IMG/VR virus record: IMGVR_UViG_3300029908_000008 | Direction: 5' to 3' (one strand) | DNA from: an uncultured virus (IMG/VR IMGVR_UViG_3300029908_000008) | Lineage: Duplodnaviria > Heunggongvirae > Uroviricota > Caudoviricetes | Length of the DNA: 64,000 nucleotides | Part shown: piece by piece, positions 39,254 to 51,500 of the stretch | How positions within the stretch are numbered: the stretch's first letter is position 1 | Layout of the letters: the number at the start of each line of letters is the position of its first letter | Notes under the pieces: generated by a model | Told to the model about the DNA's origin: nothing | What the model saw: only the letters and a program-made list of their open reading frames with translations | Database searches by the model: none | Made by a program: the position numbers and the translations under genes

Positions 39254-42200
39254 TACAGTAACGATTAATCAAGATTTAAAAAATCCTTCTCAAAGACAAT
39301 TAAAAGTTCGTATACGCTTAGGTGCCTTAAATATTGTGGAGTATCCTGATAGACTTTCCACATCATCAGCAGGTACACAGCAACAAGGCCTAACAAACGT
39401 CAACAATAATCCCTCTACGAATGCTGTTAATACTTCATCGCCATCTAGGATACAAAGTTTTGGAAATGGTTTTATTTTACCGCCGAATCCAGATATTAAT
39501 GCACCTTATAACACATTTATTTATGGTGCATTAAATAATCAGCCATCATTTAATTTACTTGCACCACCTGCGGATTCCACTATGACTGCGTTCCCATTTG
39601 CATCAACTTATGGAAACTTATTAACTGCCCCTTTAAATCAATTATCTTTTACTGGAGCAAGTAATTCTAGTGTTGCAACAAACGATTCTGCACCATATGT
39701 ACCTTCCAATACCAGCGGGCAAAGTATTAATACTCCGAAATTAACTACATATAATATGTGGGCTTTTGTAAATTCCGGTTCTATAAATACATCTGTCACA
39801 TATCAGAGGGGAAATAATCCTAATTACCCGTCTAACTGGAATTATGGCACGGCAACTCAATCCACAGACAGTAGTAATCAAGCGGCTATTTTAGTTAATT
39901 CAACTAACAATCAATTGGTCTCGTTGAGACGTATGTTCAATTTGAGACAAGATTGTTTATATGATCCAGAAGCCACGATTGTTTATCCTAGTTCCTCAGG
40001 AATTTCCCCAACACAATATAATCAAAGATCTGGTACAGTAGTAATAAATCCAAAAGAAAATTGTGGATTTATGCTCAGTTTTGATGTTCAACAATTTTTA
40101 GGATCGTCTACACAATCTAGTAATTTACAGGGAGTTACAATTAAATTTGGAAATCTAGATTTATATGCTCAGGCTTCTACATCTTCAAACATTATACAAT
40201 ATTATGAGTTAGTTCTAAGTAATTCAGCAACCCCAGTACTGAGATTTTATCATCCTGTAGAACAAAGTTTTAGTGAACTAACTTTACAAGGATCTCCGTT
40301 AAATTTAGGAATTAATAGAATTTATATAGGTTTTTTTGGAAATATTTTAACTGTTGGTTTTAATGAGAATACTTATAATTGGAACACAATTAGTAGTATT
40401 GAACCTAACGAAAACGAGTCATTTACATTACTTTATCATTTGATACCTGGAGGCAGGACAAATCCTCAGATTGATTCATCAATTCAAGTTGATTTTAGTA
40501 ATATACAAACATATTTTAAATATTCCGGATTAGCATTTAAAAACATTATCACGTCCTCCGCCGCACCAACAACATATGATTTCTTCGATGTTGATAATAA
40601 CTCTGATCCATATAAAAAAACTTTTAGTCATCAAACTTCAGTAAGTACAACGTTTCTCAAAAAAATATCCCAAACAACGAGATTAAATGATTTTTTTCAT
40701 GCTAAAGGCTTAAGGTTATATGAAAGAATTAATGGTACGCCGCAGTATGTGCAAAAAATAAATTCTATCTATGGGTTTAGTAGCGAAGTACTATCATCTA
40801 CTACAGAATATAATTTTTCTAATATAACATTTGCAAGAGATTGGCGCATGCAAGATCCATATGCTTCAGATTTTAATAATTGTAATCCTTGGGAAGTAAA
40901 AACGACAATAAGTAATCCAAATTTTGATCCGGTCAATAGTGGAGACAACGCTCTGCCAACTAATATGCAGTTAAACATTGTTTTTGATTCTCCAGTATAT
41001 AGTCCTATATTTTTAGGATTAGATACTTCAACAATGCCAACAAGTGATATTAGCCTAACTACAAGTTCAACACTATCTTCAGAGCAAACTAATTCTTTAA
41101 ATGCATTACAAAATACAGATACAATCACATTATTAGTAACAAATACCGCATCATATAATAGTGCTTTAGTTAATCCTGTTTTTTATTATCAATGGGGAGA
41201 CATTACAGACTTTATTTCTAACGCAAACATATCTATAAATCATTCTGTAAATACTAATACAGGTGTAGCACAATCTAATACTACGCTTACTATTAACAAT
41301 CTTGCATTTTCTCAACGAGGAAGTAATATTTTAAACTATATTGAAAATAATTTGACCGTAATTGAAATTTCGGCTTGTTATGAAGCAGACGATTTAAACG
41401 AATTTGTTTATTTTGAAGGTGTAATTACTACTGTAAATACTGTTGTATCAGCAGTTCATTCAATAACAACACTTACATGTTCAGACTGGCTTACTTATGT
41501 ATTAAATAACACATTGGCAGGAACGTCAATTGCTCTACAAGGTACCTCTATTAGAAGCGTAATCAATACTGGTATTACACTTGCGGCTTTAGGAAATTTT
41601 ACCACGTTTTTAAATTCATCACAAGGATATTTGCCAGAAACTACAACAAATTCTTCTTATACGGGTGATCCATGTACTGATGCAGATACTAGTTTTATCA
41701 CAGCATTAAATTTTATTGTTGGTAATGCCTCTGCGCAAACAGCAGGAATTACCCTCACACAACAGGTTCAAATTACTGATGATCTTATTACAGTCATGAC
41801 GAATACATTACCTTTTATTGTTAATGATTTATCCATTCCAGTATTATATCAAAATTTACGAAGTGAATTTGCAATTCAATCTACTGATGGACAAACTGGA
41901 GTTACTACTAACCAAAGAAGCGCCGTTGTCATTGAAAACAGATTTCTAAATAATTGTAGTACAACAAGGAATAGAGATGTTTTTAAATTTTTAGTTCAAC
42001 CATCGCAAACTACAAGTAATGATAATACTCAATCTGATGTAGGATCATTAATTTCTAATTCATTAACCGATTTTGGCCTTTCTTCATCTACATCTCAATT
42101 TCACGGCACAATCATGAGCGACATCACTCGTGTAAGTCAACCGCAAAACTTATATGAAGGTGTTTATTTGTTCGCGCAAGGCTTAGGAAATGTGCCATTA

Positions 42201-42815
42201 TATGAAATCAGAACTAGTGACTCTTACTCTTTGAACCTGCCATCATCCAGTTCTTCAGATTCTAGTACGTCAACAGATCAGTGGTTATATGCCACAGCAT
42301 TAAATAGATCCATCACAGATTCTCAAAACGGCGGGTCAATTAATGTATTGGATCAAATTGACCAAACTGACTATAATAATGAAAGTAATCTCGTAACAGC
42401 ATGGACTCCTGGCAATACCTTTACATATGGATATGTTGGTTTTAGAAAAAGATTAGTTGACACAAATTCTACAACTATTCAAACTGCTACTGATCTTAAA
42501 ACTCGTGGAGATTTGTATGCACAGTATATTAGAAAAGTGGTACAAACTATACAATTTCAAGCATTAGTAACACAACCATTACAACACTATAACAATTTTG
42601 TTATTAATGGACTGGCATCAGCCTCTACAGATAATATCGTTGATCAAGATTTTAGCAGATTAGAATACCAAAATTTTCTTTATAATTCAGTAACTTATAA
42701 TATTAATAAGGCTGAAAATTATATCTCTGCCACCGTGATTGGAGCAACAGTTCCAGAGATTGGATCAATTTACAGTAATTCCACTGGAAATAACCAAAAT
42801 AATGGTGGTAATTAA
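39237..42815 (+). CDS. Putative baseplate hub/tail protein
   Basis: TLTINN...IEISA...YFEGVIT...TLTCSDW pattern typical of tail hub domains; S/T/N-rich. Confidence 0.6.
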   Translation: MAITNNTVTINQDLKNPSQRQLKVRIRLGALNIVEYPDRLSTSSAGTQQQGLTNVNNNPSTNAVNTSSPSRIQSFGNGFILPPNPDINAPYNTFIYGALNNQPSFNLLAPPADSTMTAFPFASTYGNLLTAPLNQLSFTGASNSSVATNDSAPYVPSNTSGQSINTPKLTTYNMWAFVNSGSINTSVTYQRGNNPNYPSNWNYGTATQSTDSSNQAAILVNSTNNQLVSLRRMFNLRQDCLYDPEATIVYPSSSGISPTQYNQRSGTVVINPKENCGFMLSFDVQQFLGSSTQSSNLQGVTIKFGNLDLYAQASTSSNIIQYYELVLSNSATPVLRFYHPVEQSFSELTLQGSPLNLGINRIYIGFFGNILTVGFNENTYNWNTISSIEPNENESFTLLYHLIPGGRTNPQIDSSIQVDFSNIQTYFKYSGLAFKNIITSSAAPTTYDFFDVDNNSDPYKKTFSHQTSVSTTFLKKISQTTRLNDFFHAKGLRLYERINGTPQYVQKINSIYGFSSEVLSSTTEYNFSNITFARDWRMQDPYASDFNNCNPWEVKTTISNPNFDPVNSGDNALPTNMQLNIVFDSPVYSPIFLGLDTSTMPTSDISLTTSSTLSSEQTNSLNALQNTDTITLLVTNTASYNSALVNPVFYYQWGDITDFISNANISINHSVNTNTGVAQSNTTLTINNLAFSQRGSNILNYIENNLTVIEISACYEADDLNEFVYFEGVITTVNTVVSAVHSITTLTCSDWLTYVLNNTLAGTSIALQGTSIRSVINTGITLAALGNFTTFLNSSQGYLPETTTNSSYTGDPCTDADTSFITALNFIVGNASAQTAGITLTQQVQITDDLITVMTNTLPFIVNDLSIPVLYQNLRSEFAIQSTDGQTGVTTNQRSAVVIENRFLNNCSTTRNRDVFKFLVQPSQTTSNDNTQSDVGSLISNSLTDFGLSSSTSQFHGTIMSDITRVSQPQNLYEGVYLFAQGLGNVPLYEIRTSDSYSLNLPSSSSSDSSTSTDQWLYATALNRSITDSQNGGSINVLDQIDQTDYNNESNLVTAWTPGNTFTYGYVGFRKRLVDTNSTTIQTATDLKTRGDLYAQYIRKVVQTIQFQALVTQPLQHYNNFVINGLASASTDNIVDQDFSRLEYQNFLYNSVTYNINKAENYISATVIGATVPEIGSIYSNSTGNNQNNGGN

Positions 42816-42861
42816 AATTGTTAATAAAGGTTTTAATGAATTAAAATAGAATATAAATTAA

Positions 42862-43245
42862 ATGGCCCAACCGTCGATTATACAATCAAATGACTTCAAT
42901 AATGTAAATACGGTTAATAATGCTGGACTAACCAACGTAACAACAGTTAATGATTTGCAGAATCAAATTTATAATCTGCAATCTCAATTACAACAATTAA
43001 ATAAAACTCAGGCAAATAGTATTAGTTCTATACCTACAATTAATAATCAATTAAATAATCTTGCGGATCAAATCAATAATACTATATCATACGATGACAT
43101 ACCTGTAGGATCTATACTTGCTAAAGAATTTAATTTAAATTTTGGAGACCTAGATATTATAGAGAATATACAAAATGGTTTTATTTTTGGCACTAGTGTT
43201 TGGGGAACCACAAGGATAGGAGGATATAGTACTAATAATGGGTAA
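42862..43245 (+). CDS. Coiled-coil tail-associated protein
   Basis: LQNQIYNLQSQLQQL heptads; AAGG(42827)-N16-TAGAA promoter motif. Confidence 0.65.
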   Translation: MAQPSIIQSNDFNNVNTVNNAGLTNVTTVNDLQNQIYNLQSQLQQLNKTQANSISSIPTINNQLNNLADQINNTISYDDIPVGSILAKEFNLNFGDLDIIENIQNGFIFGTSVWGTTRIGGYSTNNG

Positions 43246-45553
43246 AACACCCAATTTCCAACTAGATTATCTAGAGCCATTCCAATTTACAAATCAAGAT
43301 ATCAATATGGATCAACGCCGATTCACAACTATTGATAATAATTTGTATGCTTTGTTTCAGATTTTTGGCAATGGAATTATTGTAAATAACCCTACACAAT
43401 TTCCTTTGTATGTGGAAATACAGCCAGGAGCCGCCGCGACTCAATATATAGAAATCTCTCCTGGTCAAGCATTTGTTGATAATCTATCAATTAATTACCA
43501 AACAACAACTCAATTGTCTTTGCCATCACAAAACAATGCCACAACACCTCAAACATATTATTTATATCTGTCCACAAATTCAAATACTCCCAGCACACAA
43601 ACAGGAAATTTTATATTTTCAGCGGTTCAATTATCTAATTCCGCATATATAGGTCTCGGCGCAGTATCTGTGGATTATATTAATGGCATTACTGAATTTT
43701 ATGACACAACGGCATATGGTAGACAAATTATAAATGTTAAACAATTATATTTAAGTTTTATAAACAATCATTTCCACACTGGCGGATTAGGAATGCCTAA
43801 AAAAATCGATATTCAAAATGAAACCACGGGATATATTATTGATTCAAATATTTTAAATGTTGACGCATCTAAAATTCGCGGCGGTCAATTGTCTAAATAT
43901 GTAACGCCTCAAATCGATCATAATTATTTATTGAATTCTGGCAATCTTTCCCACTCACAGATTGATTCTGGTTTATTATCGTTTAGAGATCATTTAAATT
44001 TAGAGATAGTTTCTACAATCAATACTAATAAAATCACAGCAAATCTCATCCGCACAACATCTGAGTCTTGGCCTGCGCCAGCGTTCCCAACAGGAAGTAT
44101 TGCTACAATTGACAAAGGATGTAATAATATTTTTATTTTTGTACCAGGAATAACTAGTGATTTTCTGGCTGTAGGTTACTCTGGATCTATTTCTATAACA
44201 GGGTCTTTAAGTTATAATCCGTATGTATCTTATAGCAGTGGTGCCACGGGTCCTGGTTATGCTATCACGCCGTTGTCTAATCAGGCTAATATTGACCGTA
44301 TTAATAATTTATTAACCTTATCCGTCACATCAACATCTGGTCCCGCACAAAAAGTATTTACTTTACAACCTCAAATTCCAACTCAAAGAATGAATTCTAG
44401 AGGACTTTATGGTTATTTTTACGGGTTTGTCCCAGGCATAATTAAAAATACTAATATTGGTGACGCGCATTTATTACACTATCAATTAGCCAATACTGGT
44501 TCTTCGGGAACTCCAGCCGAAGTGTATTCTCAATACAAACTTACAAATCCAGAGAGATTTAATTCAATGAATGTATACGGAGACTCAGGGGTGCAGAACG
44601 CCTGCTTGCTCACATTTTTAACAGATTTTTATCCTGTATACATGTATAATTATAACAACTATAATTATTTCCTATTATCTACAGGTTCTACTGGCCCCCG
44701 TGTTCTATATTCGTATCAGAACGGTTATTTTGATTCTTTAGCACCTCAAAATATATTTACTCCATTCACAGGCCCTTATGTAAATGCTAATGCTTTTTAT
44801 TGTACAGGATACACTGGATCATATGCAACGTTATATGCCAATGGCCAATGTTTTGTGAATCTCAATGGAACCTCTTATTCTTTTATTGCAGGATCAAATG
44901 GAGGAAGGTTTATAAACTATAACGGCACAGTGAGTTTAGTTTCATTTAATACAACATCTATTAATCTTTATGAAATAGGGGCTAGTGCAGTTGTGAATGA
45001 TGTGTCTGTGGCCTCTGGAAACTCAATTACAAAAGCCTGCATATCTTTCTACTCTTCACCAACTAATTACAGAGTCTATTACATTGACACAGGTAGATTA
45101 TATCTAGCCACACCCACATCGGTAACCCAATTAGGATATTTTGGTTCCGTTACAGATATACAGGTAAAATATGGTGTATTGTATATTTTAGTTAATAATA
45201 CTAATGCATCTTCATATCTCTATTGGGCTTATGATTCTGGCTATCCAGCAACTTTTAATCAAGTAGTTTTAAATACTAATAATCCTAATAATGCTTTAAT
45301 GGATATTTTTCAACAAACGACATTAGACCCTATTTATGTAGGTATTACCAGCGGAGGAAAATATCAGGTATTTAACACTACAGGACAACAAGTATATCAA
45401 TATCAACAAAATACTACTGGCTCTACCGGACCTACAGTTTCAGCAATATTTTATTCATTTGATTTAGGTGATGCCACACTTGACATGAAGTATCCATTTA
45501 TAATTGGAGGAACTGGCTCACTTGGCCCATCAGGACCAGTAATTATGCCATAA
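43238..45553 (+). CDS. Putative tail fibre/baseplate protein
   Basis: IEISPGQAFV...YYLYL N-domain, NNHFHTGG, IDH..L...G.LSHSQID; many TGS/SGS. Confidence 0.65.
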   Translation: MGKTPNFQLDYLEPFQFTNQDINMDQRRFTTIDNNLYALFQIFGNGIIVNNPTQFPLYVEIQPGAAATQYIEISPGQAFVDNLSINYQTTTQLSLPSQNNATTPQTYYLYLSTNSNTPSTQTGNFIFSAVQLSNSAYIGLGAVSVDYINGITEFYDTTAYGRQIINVKQLYLSFINNHFHTGGLGMPKKIDIQNETTGYIIDSNILNVDASKIRGGQLSKYVTPQIDHNYLLNSGNLSHSQIDSGLLSFRDHLNLEIVSTINTNKITANLIRTTSESWPAPAFPTGSIATIDKGCNNIFIFVPGITSDFLAVGYSGSISITGSLSYNPYVSYSSGATGPGYAITPLSNQANIDRINNLLTLSVTSTSGPAQKVFTLQPQIPTQRMNSRGLYGYFYGFVPGIIKNTNIGDAHLLHYQLANTGSSGTPAEVYSQYKLTNPERFNSMNVYGDSGVQNACLLTFLTDFYPVYMYNYNNYNYFLLSTGSTGPRVLYSYQNGYFDSLAPQNIFTPFTGPYVNANAFYCTGYTGSYATLYANGQCFVNLNGTSYSFIAGSNGGRFINYNGTVSLVSFNTTSINLYEIGASAVVNDVSVASGNSITKACISFYSSPTNYRVYYIDTGRLYLATPTSVTQLGYFGSVTDIQVKYGVLYILVNNTNASSYLYWAYDSGYPATFNQVVLNTNNPNNALMDIFQQTTLDPIYVGITSGGKYQVFNTTGQQVYQYQQNTTGSTGPTVSAIFYSFDLGDATLDMKYPFIIGGTGSLGPSGPVIMP

Positions 45554-45554
45554 C

Positions 45555-48500
45555 ATGCCTTATATTACTTCACATTATCAATTAAGTGCATTGAAATCAG
45601 GAGATACATGGTTTCCTGATGTTGATCAAAGAAATATGCAGATTATAGAAAATCTACTGCAATCTGCTGAATATTTCGTGCAAAATGGTATTTTACAACT
45701 TAACACATGTACTGTATTAAGTTCCGCAACAGGATCTATTAAACAAAATTTATATAATGCCGCTTTTGATTATTATAATGATATATTTTTTAATGCAGAA
45801 AATTATGATTTACATTTTATTGCTAATGAAGATATTGTAGTTGATTTAGTATCAAAAACTAATATTAATTTATCAAATATTTTTCAACAAAAAATAAACG
45901 GTGCGAATATTATTCCTGGATATAAAATATTCTTAACATCTCAATCTATTTCATCACAAAACGGAGTGTACCAAATTTCATTAAGTGGAGCGTCATTATT
46001 ACCTACTCAACCTCGAAAGGTTTTTGTAAATAATAATGACCCTATATACCAATATTCAATATTTTTATTTAATAGCGCCACGTACTCTTGCATCAATTCC
46101 TATGATTGTTTAATCGCTGTAGATGGCCTTATTACAATTCAAAACAGCCGGGCAGTTACATCACAATCCACAGCATATTTACGCCCAACACTTGGCTCTG
46201 GAATTTTAACAATTTATAGCCCAGAAAATTTTTATGGCTCTGGCACACCAATACTTTATTTTACTAATTTGGCTAACGATCCTGCTGTAACTCTAGCAAC
46301 ATTCTCTACATCTGGGTCATCTTTTGCAAATTACAACTACGTATTTAATTTATCACTGACTAACAGTGGATCTTATCTCACTAATTTTAATTCACAAACT
46401 TATAATCAACAACCCAGTTATAAGCCTTTACACTTACATAGTAATAATAATTTAGAATTATCTAATTTTATTAAATTGATTCTTTTGCCAGTTAGTGAAT
46501 TCTCAAATTCATGTAATGTTTATGATATATATGGCAACACTTATAATTATTCTTCAACTACTCAAAAAATTGAAGCAGTTTATGTTAATGAACAAAAAAT
46601 TAGTACTTCATTATTAAATTATAACTCCTCTACAAGAACTTTTAATTTTTTATTTCCTGTAGGATACAATGATGTAGTTTATTGTATAGCATCAAAAAGT
46701 GCTATACAAACATTATCACCTCTGACATCTTTAAATAATAACAATGAGTATTATACACTCCAAAACAGCGGTAATGTTACGCCTTATACCTGGGAAGATA
46801 CAACTTATGATAATTATAATCTTTATATTAATGGCAGTAATATTTCACAACAATCTTTTAATGTAAATTATAATACTGGCCTTGTCACAATAAACCAACC
46901 AAATATTTCTAACTTACCATCAGATCCTAATGTTTTTTCTGGTTCTACATTAGAACTTTCTTTAACTACTAATGATCCGTCTTCATTTTTTGGAAAAACT
47001 GATAAAATCAATTCAATTAATCCAAATAAAATTTCAGGCAATATTAATAATTACCGCGCAAAACACAATCAATTTGACACACAAACATCTACTATAGGTT
47101 ATAATCTGTGTCCATTCCGAGCCATAGGCAATAACGTATATCAAGTACCTTATTATAATGGCGATTCATTTAATAATGTACAACCTATATCTCCAATTAA
47201 AGATGCTTGTTCCTCTAATAATTTTACAATTGTGAATATTGATGGATTTTTATTTGTAGTATTGAATCAACAATTAAAATCAATTTTATCTGAATATTCA
47301 GATAAAAACTATTCTGCAACAATCATTAAAACGATTCAAAATACAGAAAATAGTTTTATAATTTTATTCACTAATTATTCCACAAGTAATCAATATGCGA
47401 TTAGTATTGTTAATTTAGATACAGACACATATACCACAAATCAATTTATTTTTGGATCACAAATAAATGATGTTTCAGCATATTTTGACGGAACTAATAT
47501 AAATATTTTTATTGCATCTAATACAGGAACTTATACTGCTAATTTTAATAATTTGACACCAGTATTCAATAAATTATATTACAATTATAGTTATTCTGGA
47601 AGCAACTTGTATTCTTATAATAATCATCAAGTACAAAATATTATTATAAGTGAGATGTCAAATAATAGCGGCCCTATCTCTTATGAAGGTTATATATTAA
47701 TAAATAATTATCCTAATTCTGGATCACAAGTGGTTTCAACAATCAATAGCCAGGTAATTATTTATACAGGGTCAAATTTAAATATTTTTGCAACAGGCAT
47801 TACAAATGGCGTAAGTGATCGAGGTATTATTGTGGGAGACAATAATAACATGTACATTACATCATCACCAGTAGTATACAGTGGGTCAGTATTATTTCCG
47901 TATACTTATGGGACAAATATTCAGATTTCTAACAATAATATATCTTGTTATACTAGTACAATAAGTTCCATTAGCAGTTTTAGTGGCGCGTCAATATCAG
48001 CCTTAGATGCACAAAATATTAGCGCAGGCCAATATATACTTGTAAGGCAACAACCTTATTCTAATCAAAATGGAATTTATTTAATTAATTCTAGCACAGG
48101 ATCGTACTTTACAGCCACACAACAAATATTAAGCAATGCTAGTGTAGGAAATTATGTTTTGGTTCATAGTGGTTCTAAACACTCAAATAGTTATTGGGAA
48201 ATTAGTCCTTTGTCAACACCACTTACAAATAATTTGATGTTTAGACTAAGAAGTACTAATCTCGGTTCAGGACTAGGGTCATCAACAAAATTATTTACTG
48301 ATCTTAATAATTCCGTCTACTTAAGTAGCAGTGGTTCTATATTGAATATTTATGATTCTAGTAATATAGCATATGATATTTACAAACATCAATTTACAAA
48401 TATTAACACTAATAATCAAATATTATCGGCTTCTAGCACTGATAACTTAATTATCAGTAATAAAGCAATATTAAGTGAAAATTTCTCTGGATCAAATCAA

Positions 48501-51500
48501 GGGTGTTATTCTTTTGTAGATTATACTTATCCATTGTCTCAGGGCGGTACAATTTATATTAAAAATGCCAATGTATCATGGTTATTAAATCAATTAATTA
48601 ATTTAAATTTTAATGGCAATAATATTCAAGCCTGTGTTAATAATATATCTGGCAGTACCTATACGGCAGTTGTTACTAATGCGCCTACAATTTCTTTAGG
48701 CCAATCTCAGATTTCATCATATAATTTAACATTTGGGACTTTAATACAAAATAATTATTTTCAACAAAATTGGTATAATGGCATTTTTGGAATTAACTCA
48801 GGTAGTTATTTAACTGCGTTAAATTCAAGCCAGTATTCCGGAAGCCTTTTAACAGATTCTATCACAATAATAGATTCTAATTATTTCGGCGCGGCAATTT
48901 ATGGAAAAATAAATGTTAATCAAAATTTACAAATTGATTCTGTGAATAATTATGATCAAAATAGCAATACATCAATAGAGTCGTATAATAATTGCACTGT
49001 TTCAGAATTCAATCAAGTATTAGATTCAGAATATAACACTGATCATAATACTGCTTATAAAACTTTATTCCCCGATACACCTATTTTAATTGACAATAAT
49101 AATAGTGCATTAAACGATAATATCTCTACTTATACCGGTGTTATAAGTACTTTAACTGGTTCTCAGTTTATAACTATATCAGATAATTCGATAAATCCGT
49201 CAACTAATCCCACTGATACAATTGTATATGAATCTCGGACTAAAAAATCTCATTCAATTGAAAATAAAATTTTTGGTAATAATCAATTTTCTGCACAAAC
49301 TTTCTCAAACGATGTAATTCTTAATAATAATTTTCTATCTGCAATCACTAATTATAATAATGCAATTCCAAATGCTATATATGAAGATATAGTTATTGAT
49401 TCTGCCATGCCGAGTACATATGAACCACTATTATCAGATTTTAACACAGGAATAAGTAACTTTGCCTATGATTCTTGGTTGGGAATTTCAGATGAGTCAG
49501 TGCATACTATTTTTAGTTTAAATGGTTATACATATGCTGTAATACAAGGAAAAATAATAAAGACTGGCACACCAAGCACAGTGATTTCAAAAATTAATTT
49601 TAATTTTTGTTACTTTGCAATTACAAATTCTAATTATGTATTAATAGGAACTGATAAAGGTCTTTATGTTTATGATACTAATTTTAATTTATTATTTAAA
49701 ACTCTTTTAGATCATAAGGTAAAATCTGCTAAATTTATATCTTCATATCAGGTCTTAATTGGTGTCGAAAATAATCTTTGTTATATTAATTTTAATAATT
49801 ATAGTTCTGATTATTTATTATTGCCAGTAAATAGTATTAATGCAATAAATGTTATAAATAATAATGTTGAAAATGTATATTTGATTGGCACAGATCAAGG
49901 ATTATACGGAGTCACATTAAACGCAGGGTCATCATCACAAACACTGATCACAGGTAACGGACTAATTGGCTCAAAAGCATTAACAATAACAAATGATTTC
50001 ACAATAACTCTGCCAACTGCAAACCAAAATAATGTTTTAGGTATTTATAATTCACTATCTAACAATTTGCCATCTGAAAATTTAGTTGATTCAATTGGAC
50101 AACCAAATATTTATGATATTGCTGTTGTAAATTCATCTGTTTATTTAGCAACTGAAAATGGCATTAGTTTATATGAGAGTTTGTATTCTGTTGATATGCA
50201 AAATTCATCAAATAACATCCAAAATTTTGAACTCACATCTAAGCCATTTACTGGATTTGAAGTAAATAAGATGATTAATTTTTATGACTCAACATCTAAG
50301 ATTAATGCCTATTTTGTTTCAACTTTCGATGGTGTTTATTATAGTTTTGACAATTTGAATACTTTTATTAAATCTTCTTTAAATATGCCTGCTTTTTCAG
50401 TTTTAGCCACGGGCTCTTCATGGAATATAGCAACGTCAGAGGGGTTATACCAAACATTTAACTATGGCGCGACATTTACTGGAACCGTGGTTGCCAGAGG
50501 ATCTTTATTAAATAATAACCAGAATTTAGATATGGTAATTCAAATGAACAATGATTATCAATTGAATTCTATTAATTTACCCGTGTATGCAACATCAGGA
50601 TCATATTTATTAAATCTTAATTTATCATCTACAAATTATTTAACTGGAGAGCCTTTATCGGTACTAGCGACAGCATCATTTTCTACAGGAAGTTTAATGA
50701 ATGGCTACTATACATTACCTTTTGTATTAAATACCCCGTTGTCTCTTAAAAAATACTTAACATATAATATCACAATTAATGCTGTATCAAGCAATAACAT
50801 CTATGTGGCAGATCAGAATTTCTCTACATTAGCATTTTCTGTATTAAGTTGTAAGTCAACAGGTTCCATTTCAAATATTGCTCCAGCGATTAAATTATGC
50901 CAAAATAGTATAAATGCTAATGTTTATATTAATCAACCAGTTTTGCCTTATCAATTGATAAATACTAGTAATATTTTAATTGATAATAATGATAATATTT
51001 ACTCCTATCCATCAGCAGAGATTAATTTTATTATTGATGATAGTAATAGTTTTATAAATTCGTTTGGCGGTATATCTAATATCAATAACTTTATAACGAC
51101 ATTACAAACTCAATTTACATCTAAAATAGGTAGTTATTGTTTTTTTAATACTATTTTTACTGATGATTATCTTACTAATTTTAGCAATACTTCTACAGGT
51201 TCAGCGCCATTAGCATCCACAGGTTCTCAATTATCTAGAATTACTGATGCTTTATGCTTGGTATTAGAAAGAAATAATGCCACACCTTATGCAACATCAA
51301 CAATCTCATCAGGCAGTTTTGTGTCATATATAAATGGAGCATTATCTCATAATGCGGCCCCATACGTTTTTAAAAATATTTTAAATTCAGCAAGATATTA
51401 TCCTAACTTACAGATTCAATATAATTACAACACTCCATTAATCAACAACACATCCTATAACATTACTCAGAATGGCTTTACTGGTGCAATTTCAGGATCT

